Source of the DNA: Lama glama
Taxonomy: Eukaryota
Reading direction: 5' to 3'
Assembly (NCBI GenBank): GCA_028534125.1
Contig: CM052817.1
Span: 1,242,001 to 1,306,000, forward strand
DNA: 64,000 bases
This document shows, one piece after another, positions 50,911 to 63,812 of the stretch; the first letter of the stretch is position 1; every line of letters starts with the position of its first letter. The position numbers and the translations under genes were made by a program. The notes under the pieces were generated by a model, which did not search any database, was not told the origin of the DNA, and saw only the letters and a program-made list of their open reading frames with translations.

Positions 50911-53379
50911 ACTAGCAGAAAAGCAGAAAGGAGCCTGGCCCCTGGGCCTGCCAGCCCTGGTCCACAGACGGGGACGGGAGCAGACCCACCCCTAATCTCT
51001 GACGCTGCAGAGCCCTGGGCCCTGGGCCCCACCTGGGGACTCGGGGCAAGCGCCAGGCCTGGCAGGTGGGAAGCTCTTCTTCCTCCTCTGGCTTAGAGAT
51101 AAGGCAGGGCTGGCTGCATGGGCTTGGCTACTGGTGGGCCAGGAGGGGGCCGCCCTAAGCCCTCCAGCTCCTGGGCAGGCTGGGCTCCGGGCTAGCAGCT
51201 TGGAGAGGCACCCGGGTTCCAGAGGACCTCCACTGGGCCAGCTGTGGAATGAGTTCTGGGAGGAAAAGTTGGCGCACAGACACCGTGGGGTGGAGGGGAG
51301 CACCCCCCCACCCCACAGGAGGCGCGCCTGTGAGAGGGCAAGTCCCCTTCTGGTAGGAGGGGCGCCTCCTCCTTGGCCCGGCAGGGCAAAGACGGGAACA
51401 CTGCCAGTCACACTCTGGAAACCCAGGTGAGCGAAGGCAACCCAGTCTCACTGTGAGAGGTTCCCCTAGGACACCCCCCAACACAGCCTAGGGCTGAACA
51501 GGGACACCCACAAAGGAGGCACCACATCTTAAAGAGACTGGGAGGAGCAGGGGTTGCAACGTGCAATGACATCTAGGGTCCCCTGACTCCAGCAAAAATC
51601 AGGCATGAAGCTTTACCCACACCTGAGCTTCACGCGGAAATTCTGAGAGTTTTGAACCTCACTAAATTTTTGTTTCAAATGCTTTTATTGCCATAAACAA
51701 TGCTGCCCAAAATGATGTTTTCTAAGAACCATCTTATGTAGAGCTGACCGTGGACCTCCCTGAGGGAAGCTGCAGCTTCGCAGACAGTCCACTATACTAA
51801 TGCCCTGAAATGTTTAGCCTCTAGGACCCAGTGAGTCAGCTCCCCGCACCCCTCTCACCACACAGCCCTCCTCCCAGCCGAACCGGTTCATTTGCAGTGA
51901 AAGCCGGCCCAGCCAGCTCCAAGGGGGCAGCTTCCCCGCTGCTGGCCCCGCTGGAGGGCAGCCCAGCAACAGCTCAGGAGAAAAAGCCTCTAACTGCCGC
52001 CCCGTAGGCTGCAGCAAGGGGCCCCTTTATAATTCTGCTCTAGTCTCATCTGAAAATGAAGCCTCACCATGGGGAGAGAGGCTTCAGAGAAGCAGGCCCC
52101 CCGCACTGGGAGAAGGCTGGATTGGCCCTGTGAGGATAAGGGCATCCCAGCTGGGCATGGACACCCCCTGTCTAGGGCAGCAGCTGGGCACAGGGCCGCA
52201 ACACCCCAGGTGACCACGCTGGCCTGGGCAGCAGTGTTTGTTCTGTGAGCCAAGCCAGACACAATGCCTGGAGATAACTGAGCTTCTATCAAAGGGTTTG
52301 CAGAAGGAAAATGAATTCTCAAATAAAACTCTCAATCAAGTACTGTATATACAAATGACACGCCAGAAACAATGACTGCAGGAAGCTTAACCACAGCAGC
52401 TGCAGGGGGTCGTGAGAGCTCTTCGCACCGCGGAGGGAAGGAGCCCAGGGCGGCAACAGACCTTGAGGGGAAGTGTGCACCGTGGCACCAAGGGGAACAG
52501 ACGGTATCTGACAGTTGGGCTTTTAAACTGCAGGAGACTTTTGAGTTCCAATAGGTTTAAGGTTCTTTCCTAAGCATTTTATTTTAAGACTACTAAACAG
52601 TAAACTTGTTAGGATGCCAGTTAATTCTGTTCCCACCTTGCTAACAGCCACGAGACCCTGTCCCAGAGGCCCTGGGCCTTCGGGGTGCCCCCCTGCCACA
52701 CCCCGACGGGAAGGACGAGTCCTGGGCTGACAGCAGCCCAGGCAACAGGGGAGGGGAGGTTGCCAACTTCTCGGCTTCTAGGATGGGTGGAAATCTGCTC
52801 GTGGGAAATGGAAGTTCAAGTTGCTTACTATGAATTACTCTTCTCCTTCAAAAAGGATTTGAGGTGACTTCGTCAGAATGCATGTGAACTGAGCCTGTTC
52901 GCTTAACCAGAGGAGCAATTAAAAGGCCTAAACGGGGTCCTGGGTTCTGGGTCAAGTCGATTACTGCAGGTGGGTTTCCCTGAGGTCTGCTTTGCCAGCT
53001 CAGGCTGGGACCCACGAGTGTCCCCCACTCCTGGGCACATCAGCCCCACTGGCCTGGGATGAAGTGGACTGGGAGAGGCCAGCCCTGCCTGGGTCCTGGG
53101 AACATGTCAGTTGGAGAGGAACATGGAATTCTAAGGGATGTCCCAATGGGAGGACCTGAGAGACAGGACATCACTGGAAGCAGCACCGAGGGAGGCCCCT
53201 GGCTGAGCAGGTGGGGTTCACGCACAGTTCTGGACCCCTCTACAGCCCACAGAGACACCCAGTCCTCTGACCGTACCTCACCCAGGGCCACTCCAGTGGT
53301 GCTGCTCTGGGAGGTCTGTGGACAGGCAGCCCCAGTGGGTCTGACAATGAGCCCAGCCACCCCTTGCCCGGAATGTAAT

Positions 53380-53948
53380 CTCAGCGTTTAGAACAGCTTT
53401 ACTGAGATGTAACGTGCATCCCATGGCATTTTTCTGGTTAAAGTACGCAGGGGGTTTAGTATACTTAGGGAGTTCTGCATCATCACCATGATCTAATTTT
53501 AGATCATGTCTTGTCTCCCCAAAAAGAAACCTCACACCCATTACCAGTCACCTCTCCACCAGCCCTGACTGGCTGTCTCTGTGGAGTTCCCGTTCTGGAC
53601 ATGTTAAGGTAATGGACTCAGAAAGTTGTAACCTTTCATGCCTGGCTTCTTTCACTCAGCATGTCTTCATGTCCAGTCCACGCTGTAGCCTGTAACAGCA
53701 CTTCATTCCTTTTTATGGCCAAATAATATTCTGCCACGTGGATGGTCCACGTTTTGTTGATCCGTTCATCAGCTGACGGACAACTGAATTGTTCCTGCCT
53801 TTTGGCTATTATGACTAATGCTGCTATGAACAAGTTTTTGTGTGGATCTCCATTTCCAGCTCTCCTGGGCATATACCTAGAAGTGGAATTCCGGTCACAT
53901 TCAGTTTTCTGAGGAACTGCCAGACTGTTTTCCAAAGTGGCTGCACCA
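53380..53948 (-). mobile_element. L1MB-like 3' end
   Basis: Peptide AATLENSLAVPQK..LFIAALVIIAKRQEQFSCPSADERINKTW. Confidence 0.85.
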
Positions 53949-53954
53949 GTCAAC

Positions 53955-55660
53955 AATCATACGACTGCAGGGTTGCAGGATACAAAATTAATAAAAAGAA
54001 ACGTGTATTTCTGTACACCGACCAGGAACCATCAGAAAGTGAAACTAAGAAAACAATTCCATTTACAATCACATCGAAAAGAATACAATACCCGGGGATA
54101 GCTGTCACTAAGGAGGTAAACGAGCCGCCCTTGGAGGGCCGCCAGCTCTGATGAAAGGAGCTGAAGGTGACAAACGGGGGAAGGAATGTGTGCTCATGGA
54201 CTGGAAGGGTTAATACCGTTAAGGCGACCACCTCCCAAGGCAATCCAGAGGGTCAGTGCAATGCCTACCAGCACACCAGCGGTGTCTGTCACAGAACCAG
54301 AATAAGTAAATCTAAAATTTGTGTGAAAACACAGACGACCCCAGGTAGCCAAAACAACCTTGAGAAAGAGCAGAGCCGGTAGCATCACGCTCCCCGACTT
54401 CACATCACACTGCAGAGTTACAGTAACAGAAACAGTGCGGCCCTGGCACAGAAACAGGCACAGAGATCGACGGAACGGCACAGAGCGCCCAGAAACGGGC
54501 TCAGACGGACAGTCAGTCTAGGACAAAGGAGGCGAGAATGGACCACGAGGGAGAGACAGCCTCTTCAGTGAGTGATGTTGGGAAACTGGACAGGGACACG
54601 CAAAAGGATCAAAGTGGACTGCCTTCTCACACCAGACACAAAAACGAACTCGAGAACAAAGACTTCAGTGCAAGGCTGAAGCCGTAATATTCCCAGAAGA
54701 AAACAGTACGTTCTCTGACGCTGGTCTTAGTAATTTTGGGGGGGATCTGTCTCCTCAGGCGAGGGAGAGAAAAGTAAAAATCAACGGCTGGGACTACAGC
54801 AGACTAAGAAGCTTCTGCATAGTGAAGGAGACCACGGACAAAACAGAAAGCCCGCCTTCCGAATGGGGGAAGAGGCTCGCGGCGGTGTATCTGACGGGGT
54901 GAAAAGAAGCTGACCACGGCTGACGGTCAGGAAGACGCAAGCAGCACCGCACTGGAGCATCACCGCACACCTGTCGGAACGCTGTCACCAAGAAGACAAC
55001 AAGCAACAGGCGTCAGTGAGAAAAGGGCGCCTTCTTACACTGTTGGTGGGAAGGTAAATTGGTGCAGCCGCTGTGGAAAACAGGATAGAGCCTCAAAATA
55101 TTAAGAAAGGAACTACCACATGATCCAGGAATTCCACTCCTGGGCATTTACCTGACGAGAGGAGGACACTAATTAGAAAAGATACACGCACCCCTATGTT
55201 CACTGCAGCATGATTACAGCAGCTAAGACACGGGAACAGCCTCAGTGTCCACTGACAGATGACTGGATACCGAAGCTGTGGTGCACAGATGCAGTGGAAC
55301 CCTATGCAGCCATAAACAAGAATGAAATCTTGCCTTTTGCAAGAACATGGATGGACCTGGAAGGTATCATGCTTCATGAAGTAAGTCAGAGAAAGACAAA
55401 TTCTGTGTGATTTCACTTACGTGTGGAATCTAAAAAAACAAAACAAATGAACAAATAAAACAAACCAGAAACAGAGTTACGGGCACAGAGAACAAACAGG
55501 TGGTCATCAGAGGGAAGAGGTGGGAGAGAACTCGGTGAGGGAGATCAAGAGGCAGAAACTTCCCACTGCGGATTGTGAGGCGCAGGCATGAAGCGCATGT
55601 GCGAGGAACGGAGTCAGCAACCACGTAGCACTTTCGCACGGGAACAGGTGATAACTGGAC
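53955..55660 (+). mobile_element. L1 ORF2/3'UTR remnant
   Basis: Peptides VAGYKINKKK..KKTIPFTITSKRIQYPG and AAINKNEILPFARTWMDLEGIMLHEVSQRK. Confidence 0.87.
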
Positions 55661-57109
55661 TTGAACCTTTCTCGGGTCACACCTGGGGGCCATGAGTTTC
55701 CCCACAAGCCTCCTGGTGCCTCTGAGGACAGGCATCGCCCCACATTCTGGACAAATCTTCCATCATTGCAGGGAACTCACCAGCAGGACGGAGGCGGGCC
55801 TGGCCCCAGATGCTGCTGGCCCACAGCCCGGAGGGGACGTGGGCAGGGGCCCCAGTGCACGGCTCACCCAGGAGGGAGGACGGCACCTGGACCCTGCACT
55901 GTGCTGCCCTAGGACCCCGTGTGGTGTGCCTGCCCAGGGCGCTGGGTCGCGCACGCATCCCTTTATGGGTGCCTCTCCCTCCCTGCCGGGGAATCTGCTG
56001 GCCTCCCTCTGACAGCTCCTCGGGAGCGGGACGGGCACCTGCCCCTGGCCTGCGCCCATGCAGGCGGTGTCTGTATGTCTGGTCTTTCTGTGGAATGCAG
56101 AGATTTCCAGCTGGTCCCACCCAGACGACATGGTGCCCATTCCCCACGGAAGTGCTGCATGGGAAAAACGACCGGGGTCTCGAGGTGGACACGGATGAAG
56201 GTGTTCACAACACGGGTTCTGAGCCTGGCTCTCCTCGCTCAGACCTCCTGGGTCGGGATCCCACTCCTCACGGGAGAAGCAGGGTAGGGGCGTGACTTGA
56301 AACCGGAGAGAAAAGGAAAGCAGTTTGGTCTGGGGCGTTGGTGGGGGGGTGACGACAGCGGGAGGGCAGAGTGGCCCCTGGACACGGGGTCCAGCCAGCT
56401 CGGGGCCCAGGCTGCAGGGACGGGAGAGGCAGGACCTCGCCAGGCCACATCGGCGCCCACACCGCGCTCCCTTGGCAGATTCTTCTTTCGCTTTATGGTT
56501 ATTGCTCAATTTACCAAATTATGCAAATAGAACTAGGAAGCACTGGGCTCACTGCTGCCCTTCACTACAGGCAGCGACCAGAGACACAACGGGCTCACTC
56601 AGCACCTGTTAGAACAGCCGCCCGGAAAGAGCACCCATTCTCACCACCAGGCCGTGTTGTCAGAGGGTAAAAGTTGTTGGCAAACCAGGGCAGCAAGAGC
56701 CTGTACTTGGTTTTTATGCATTTTTAGAGGAAAAACTACAGACGGATGTTCTAGAGGCTTGACAAATGGGAGAAGAGAACCACCTGTGTGTCCGCTCAGA
56801 AAAAACAAGGGAAAAATAAGTCCGATGCAGATTCTCAAGTCAGAGTGAAAACACAGATACAGCATTAAAAAATAAAAAGACTCCCTTCCACAACACTGGG
56901 CAAATAATCAAAACTCTGAATCCATAACAGCAGCGAAAGCTGAACAGCCCGTGGGCCCCGGCTCCGGGCCCCGCTGTGTACCCAGCCTGCCGGCCGGGGG
57001 GCAACTGAACTGGGAAGCCCGCGCGGCTCACGAGGCCCCAGCCCACGCCCACCAGGAGCCCGCCTGGGGGCCCAGGTGAGAAGGCAGCGGAGTCGGGAGG
57101 AAGGGCAGG

Positions 57110-58600
57110 CAAGTCGTGCAGGCCAGAATGACCGCAGGAGGCGTCCTGGTTTCCTGGGATGCTTGGATACTCTTCCTCGAGGACACAGACTTAGTGTCAC
57201 AAGACGGCATTCCCTCTTCTCGCTTCCTGGTTATAATCTCCCAAATTGAAGACGCTGGCCTTTGGGTCCTCATTGTCAAGACTAGCGCACAGCCAGTGCC
57301 CACCCAAGTGGACATCTGGGCATAGAGGGAGGTGGTTTGGCTGTTACAATGCCCAAGGAATGCCACAGAATGGGGATCCAGGAACAAACCCACACAGACA
57401 CGGCCGGTTGGTTTTTGATGAGAGCACCAAAGAAATGAATGGAGAAATGAACCTTTTCAACAAATGGTGCTGGAGCAGCCGGACAGCCTCGTGCAGAAGG
57501 ATGGTCCTCAAAACGTACCTCGTTGCCCACACAGCCATCAACTCCAAACAGAACATGCTGAGTAACCGTGAGCTCAGCAAAGCTTTCTTAAATGGTTCAC
57601 AAAGACCATGAGCTATAAACGGGAAAAATAAACAAACGAGATTTTGTCAACATTAAGAAGCTTGCGGGGAGGGTGGGGTAGAGCTCAGGGGTAGAGCACA
57701 TGCTTAGCATGCAGAGGTCCTGGGTTCAATCCCCAGTACCTCCATTAAAAAAAAATTAAATAAATAAATAAACCTGATTACCCCCCAAAAAAACAACAAA
57801 ACCTATTCGAAAAGAAAATTTTTAAAAGAAGTTTGCTTTTCAAAAGACCCTGTTAAGAAAATGAAAATTCAAGCCACAAACTTGGAGAAAATTTTTGCCA
57901 AGCGTGAGTACTTCAAAGTACCGACACCTGAGAAACAGAAAGAACTCTCACAACTCAGCCAAAGAGTTTTCAAATGGGCAGAAGATGTGAACAGACTCTT
58001 AAGCAGGCCTGTGTGAAAAGATGCTCCGCACGTGGGCGTCAGGAACGTGCAAGTTCAGGCCACAGTGAGCTAGCGCCTCTCATCCGCCGGAACGGCCGAA
58101 GCCCAGAACCTGACCTCACCAGGTGTCGGCGAGGCTGCAGAGCCCCCGGGCCTCGGACAGCTGGTGCGGACGCAAAGAGGTCCAACCGGTGCAAAGCAGT
58201 TTGGCAGTTTCTCAGAAAGTTAAACATTCACTGACCCCATGAACCGGCCACCCTACTCCCAAGAGGCGTGAAAGCCCCGGGCCACACAGAGATCTGAGCA
58301 TCAGCGTTCAGAGGAGCTTCATTAACAAACGTCAAACCCCGGAAACAACGGCACGTCCACAGCAGGAGGTGGACGAGCAAGCCGCGCTCCTTCCACACGG
58401 CGCCCGCGCCCCGGCAGCAAGAAGGCCGCAGCTGCTGACGCCTGCTGCAACGTGGTGAGTCTCAGAACACTGAGGGTGAGTCGAAGCCAGACTGAGACAG
58501 ACCTCACCTGTGTGTGTGCACAATTCCACTTACATGCAACAGTGGAGAAGGCCAGCTGCGCCTGGTGACAGAAAACAGGTGAGGGGTTGCCTGGGGACAG
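57110..58600 (+). mobile_element. Old L1 ORF2 remnant (GC-shifted)
   Basis: Peptide LVFDESTKEMNGEMNLFNKWCW and the motif GCAGTTTGGCAGTTTCTCAGAAAGTTAAACAT. Confidence 0.8.
57666..57801 (+). mobile_element. tRNA-derived SINE (Vic-1-like) inserted in L1
   Basis: AGCTCAGGGGTAGAGCACATGCTTAGCATGCAGAGGTCCTGGGTTCAATCCCCAGTACCTCC plus tail. Confidence 0.85.
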
Positions 58601-59479
58601 AGGTGACAGGCCAGGGTGCCATCTCGGTCTCACGTCAACCGAGGGAGCCTGGAGGAGATCACAGCTCAGGGAGGCCCACATGCAGTGAGGAGCTGGGGGC
58701 CTGTGGGAGGTCAACGAGAATGCCTCAGGCAGAGTCGGTGGTGACTGGTGCTCTTGCCACCCCTGTCCGGAAGGCCCCCGGGTTTGGGGGAAGGAACTGC
58801 CAAGCGATGGAGGGCCAACCCCGGAGGCAGTTATACCTGGAACGCCAGGGTGGGTGGTGCACTGGCAGGCCCCTGCCCTTGGCTGAAGCCCACCGCGGGG
58901 CTGCCACCAAGGCCGGGGGCAGGACTGGGCAGGGAGGCGGCAGCAGACACCGCCTCTAAGGGCCGAAGTGGAAATGGAAACAGGCTGCACTCGGACTGCT
59001 GCAGCTTCCTTGGGGACACGGTGCTGGGGGCTGGGCCTCGACCCACGGTTGGCAGCCCCTGCTCATCCCCCTGGTGGGAGGAGCCCAGAGCCAGGCCTGC
59101 CCAGTGACAGACTACGGATGGGACTGCCGGGCCACCGGCTGATGCCATCCTGGCGTGGTCCAGGGCAAGACACTGTCCAGGGCTGGGCAGCCACACGTGA
59201 ACCCAGGAGACCCCGGACTCCAGCCCGCAGCCCACGGTGGTGAAACCACACACCCGTTCGGTCACCTGCAACAGAAGCCTGTGGGGCCTGCACGGAGAAG
59301 GAGGCCAAGAAGGGTGCGTGGCCTCCAAGGACTCGCCCTATCTGAGCAGGGTGTGGACATTTTGCTTGCTGTCTTGCAGTCACGTGGCCAAGAGGAACCA
59401 AAGGAGTCCTCCATAGCGGAGGCCTCAGACTGGGAGGGGCAGCCCTGAGGGTGCGTCCGGTTACAAGGAGAGCTGGCAA

Positions 59480-60548
59480 GAAGCAAAAACAAACAGATGG
59501 GACCTAATTAAACCTAAACCTTTCTCAAAGCAAAGGAAATCACCAACCAAGTAAGAAGACAACCTACTGAATGGGAGAAAATATATGCAAGTAACATGAC
59601 TGATAAGGGGTTAACATCCAAAAATACAAACAGCCCATACAGCTCAACATCAAAAACAAACAAACCAATCAGAAACTGGGCAGAGGACCTGAACGGACAA
59701 CTTTCCAAAGAGGACATAGGGCCAACAGGCACATGAAAAGATGCTCAGCCTCTTTCGAGAAACACAGATGAAAACCACTGAATCACCTCACACCTGTCAG
59801 CATGGCCATTATGAAAAGAACACAAATAACAAATGTAGGCAAAGATGTGGAGAAGGGGGAACCCCCATACACCGCTGACGGGAATACAAATTGGTGCAGC
59901 CACCGTGGAAAACAGAATGGAGGTCTTCGAAAAACTAAAAACAGAATTAGCAAAATGACCCAGCAGCCCCACTCCTGGGTGTGTCTCTGAAGAAAACAGA
60001 AACACTGGTCAGAAAACATACGCGAACAGTGCTGTTCACAGCAGCTCTATTTACAACAGCCAAGACGCGGGAGCAACCTAAGTGTCCATCAGCAGACGAC
60101 TGGATAAAGAAGATGTGGTCCAAATACACAGTGGAATACTACTCAGCCATAAAAAGAATGAGATTCTGCCACTGCAACAGTATGGATGGACCCAGAGGAT
60201 GTCGTACTTAAGTGAGATAACTCAGACAGAGAAAGACAAATACTGTATGTTATCACTTACATGTAGAATCTGATACAGCAGCCTAGTGAATATAACCAAA
60301 AAGCAGCAGGCTCACAGATGCAGAGGACAAACTAGTGGTTCCCAGTGGGGGGCGGAGGGGGATTCAGGTGTAAACCTTCAGGTAGAAAATCAGCTACAAG
60401 GATGTATTGTACAACACAGGGAATGTAGCCAATATTTTATAATAACTATAAACAGAGTATAACCCTTAAAAATGTGAATCACTATGTTGTAGACCTGAAT
60501 AATAATATTACTGTATAATATTGTAAATCAACTACATCTCAATAAACA
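59480..60548 (+). mobile_element. L1 ORF2 end and 3'UTR
   Basis: Peptide LFTAALFTTAKTREQPKCPSADDWIKKMW; ends ..GTAAATCAACTACATCTCAATAAA. Confidence 0.88.
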
Positions 60549-60857
60549 AGGAGAGCTGGCGGAGAAAGGCTGACCGCCCTGGGATTTCAGAGGCCAGGTT
60601 GATTTCCTCCTGCATCCACACAGCCGCCCCTCCCGGAGCAAACCTTGGGGCTGTGTCTTCAAAGGTGCTCCCCACAGGCCACCCCTCATCGCTCCACTGG
60701 CCAGTCTCCTGTCATCACTCAGCCTGGACACCACCAGCCCTCTCTGACCAGCTGCCAAAGCGGTGGTGCCACTGGGCCCTCTCCGCCGCCAGGCTGCAGC
60801 ATACCCACCCCCTTCCGTTCCATAAGTCTGCCTGGCGTGGTCCAGCCCAGGCTACAG

Positions 60858-61417
60858 TACATATACATGCGTATATATATATATATATATACATACATTC
60901 ATTTTCATATTCTGTTTCATTATAGGTTATTATAAGATGCTGAATATAGCTCCCTGTGCTATGCAGAAGAAATTTGTTTTTATCTATTTTATGTACAGTA
61001 ATCGGTACTTGCAAATCTCAGACTCCCACTATATCCCTTCCTACCCCTCCCTTCCCCACCCCCATAACCATAAGTTTGCTTTCTATGTCTGTGAGTCTAT
61101 TTCTGTTTTGTAAATAAGTTCATTTGTGTCTTTTTTTTTTTAGATTCCACATATAAGTGACATCATATGGTATTTTTCTTTCTCTTTCTGGCTTACTTCA
61201 CTTAGAATGAGGATCTCCAGGTCCATCCATGTTGCTGCAAATGGTATTATTTTATTCTTTCTTATGGCTGAGTAGTATTCCATTGTATAAATGTACCACA
61301 GCTTCTTTATCCAGCCATCTGTCGATGACATTTAGTTGCTTCCACATCCTGACCATTGTAAATAGTGCTGCTATGAACACTGGGGTGTGTGTATCCTTTC
61401 GAATTAGAGTTCCCTCC
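60858..61417 (-). mobile_element. Relatively young L1 3' fragment with a (TA)n tract
   Basis: Peptide TDGWIKKLWYIYTMEYYSAIRKNKIIPFAATWMDLEILILSEVSQKEKEKYHMMSLICGI. Confidence 0.9.
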
Positions 61418-62780
61418 TAACCTACATAGAATTTATTTTCCTTTAAGGAGCTGGCAGGGACCCATGCTGACTGTCCCATCTCTCCTCCCCAAGCAGCCCC
61501 CAGAGTCAGTCTCGTCCGAATAGAAACTGTGGTGGCCACAGGCTGGGGGGAGCGCCATGGCCCTGGAACAGATACAGCAGAGCAGGGGGAGGGCTGGATG
61601 GCCCCCGGTGACCAGGGGGCCAGGGAAGGCTGGGAAGCAGGCCGTAGGGACTCTTCTGTGTGGACGGGGATAGAGGAAGGACGAAGCCAGAATAAAGAAG
61701 CAGCCAAGCATGCGTGCACCTCTGTGGGGCCCTCCCCTCCCCGGGCCCTCCCCACAGCCCTGTGCCCCCACCTCAACATACACCAGCCCCCCCTCCCCCC
61801 GGGGCTGCCCCCCAGGTCTTTCCCCGGGTCTTTCTGTTGTATTCACTTCCTCTTCAATCTGCCCCTCAGCCCCACCTCTGCTGCCCCCTTCCCCCTCCCT
61901 AATCCACCCTTCATGGCCCCCTCCCCCTCATCCCTTGATAAGCCCTTCTTTGGCCCACTCCTCTGCCTGCCCCCCGGGTCTGCCCTGGCTCACTGGGGAG
62001 GGGTCTGCAAGGATCCTGGGAGTATCTATCAGGGTATTAGTAGGCCTGCCATCCTCAGAAGACCCCACACAGCAAAGCCTGGCTCCTGGCCACCCCGTGA
62101 GCACTGCGGCCAGGACTGGCCCTGTGTGGGTACTGCCCCAGGCCCTGGTAATGGTTTTCACACCTGCTGTTATGACAACAGATCTGTGGGTGTCCATTCC
62201 TGAGTGCCTGTCATGTTGGGGTCACCTGGCTCCCCACTCACCTTGGACTCAGAACTGCCCAGAAACAGAATTGGGTGTTTTGGCTTCTGCAGAACCAATG
62301 TCCCCACAGGAAGGAGGCCCCGCAGACGCCTGGACACAGCTCTGCTGCTGGTGTGAGCTGACCAGGCCTGGCCATGACAGGACCATGAAGGACACGGTGC
62401 CCACCCGCTCCCCCGGGCTCCTACTGACTGCTGTGGGCTCCTGGCAGCGATTGGCCTCAGTGCAAGCCTGACTTGATTTATCTGACAGCACCATTCCCTG
62501 TAAGTTCTCTTCAAAGCCTGAGCGTAAATTTAAGACATCGGGACACATAAAAACACGTATTAAACATGGATCCCATTGGGAGAGGCAAATTAAAAGCTTT
62601 CAAAACATCAATTTCCCAATTAGCTTCTCAAGGTCATTCCTAATAATGTTGACCCCAAGCACAATCGCCCTACGGGAATAAATCCTAGAGGCAAAGAGCT
62701 GGACTGCCAGCAGGAAGCTCCCAGGTCTGCTTGGAGATCGCCTTCCCAAATCTCAGTCAAGTTCCCGCACACCACAGAGG

Positions 62781-62859
62781 AGGGAGGGGAGGCGGGTAGA
62801 GCTCATGCTGAAGGTGCGCGAGGTCCAGCATTCAATCCCTGGTCCCGCCATTAAAAAAA
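62781..62859 (+). mobile_element. Degenerate tRNA-derived SINE
   Basis: GGTAGAGCTCATGCT...GAGGTCCAGCATTCAATCCCTGG...CCATTAAAAAAA. Confidence 0.65.
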
Positions 62860-62869
62860 GGAAGAGACA

Positions 62870-63067
62870 AAAAATGTGACGATGAATATATGAGTGTTCA
62901 TGCGTAACTGAAAAATTGTGCTCTATACTGGAGTTTGACACAACACTGTAAAATGATTATAAATCTATTAAAAATGTTTAAAAAATAGTAATTATTTTAT
63001 CAATTACATATGGAAACAACAATTTGTATCTATTGAGTTAAATAAGATATATTACTGAAATTAAAAA
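62870..63067 (+). mobile_element. Severely 5'-truncated L1 3' end with extra transduced 3' sequence, flanked by a 17-bp TSD
   Basis: L1-type 3' terminus (AAAATGTGAC..GAATATATG..AACTGAAAAATTGTGCTCTA..TTTGACACAACA..TGTAAAATG). AAAAAAAGGAAGAGACA occurs at 62853-62869 and 63068-63084. Confidence 0.75.
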
Positions 63068-63599
63068 AAAAAAAGGAAGAGACAGGAGTGACTCCCCTAA
63101 GCGTCCCAGGAAGCCACCACTGAGAGCCCTAAGACCTGCCCGGCTGGCCTTCCTGTTCCCTGGGGTTTCTTGGGAGAAGGGCTCTGAAGAAAACACACTT
63201 AGGAAACTGAACGCCACTGCTGCTGCTGAGATGTCCTCTGGACACTGATGGCATTTAGGTGAAGGGCTCAGGGCTCCACTTCCTGGGGTCCAACCCAGAG
63301 GAGCCCTCGGGCATGTGCCGAGGCCGGCCAGACACCCTCTTGTCTTGAGGTCTGTGTGCCACACACCCTGCTATACCATCTCCTCTCCCCTCTCCACAGC
63401 CCTGGGCGTGATGCCATACCAGCCTCATCCAGGGCACAGGAAGCTGGGGCCCAGAGAGGCCAAGCCCCTGGTCAAGGTCACACAGAAGCACGTGGTGCAG
63501 CCCCGGCCACGCCGTTCACCTTCATCCTTCTTAAATAAGCTGACAGTGATGAGTCACCATAAAACTCAACTTGGTCCTTTACAGCTGCTCCCAGTGCAC

Positions 63600-63812
63600 T
63601 TCCAACAGCAGCTCCTCAGCAGGTGGGTGCGGGGGGTGCCAAGCAGAGAGAAGCGGGGGTGGCTGCTTAATGGGTGCAGGGTCTCCCTGGGGTGGTCCCG
63701 GAGCAAGACGGAGGTGGAGGCTGCACCGCACTGTGAAGAACTAAACGCCACTGGGTTGTTCAGTTGATTTTATGTTACCTGTATTTTACCTTAATTTATT
63801 ATTATTTTTAAA
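63600..63812 (+). mobile_element. Old L1 3' terminus
   Basis: GCTGCTTAATGGGTGCAGGGTCTCC..GCTGCACCGCACTGTGAA..TTTTATGTTACCTGTATTTTACC. Confidence 0.7.

Noticed and set aside
53380..55660. Adjacent oppositely oriented L1 pieces suggesting a twin-priming inversion
   Set aside because: Both pieces include their own, different 3'UTR, so they are two separate insertions.
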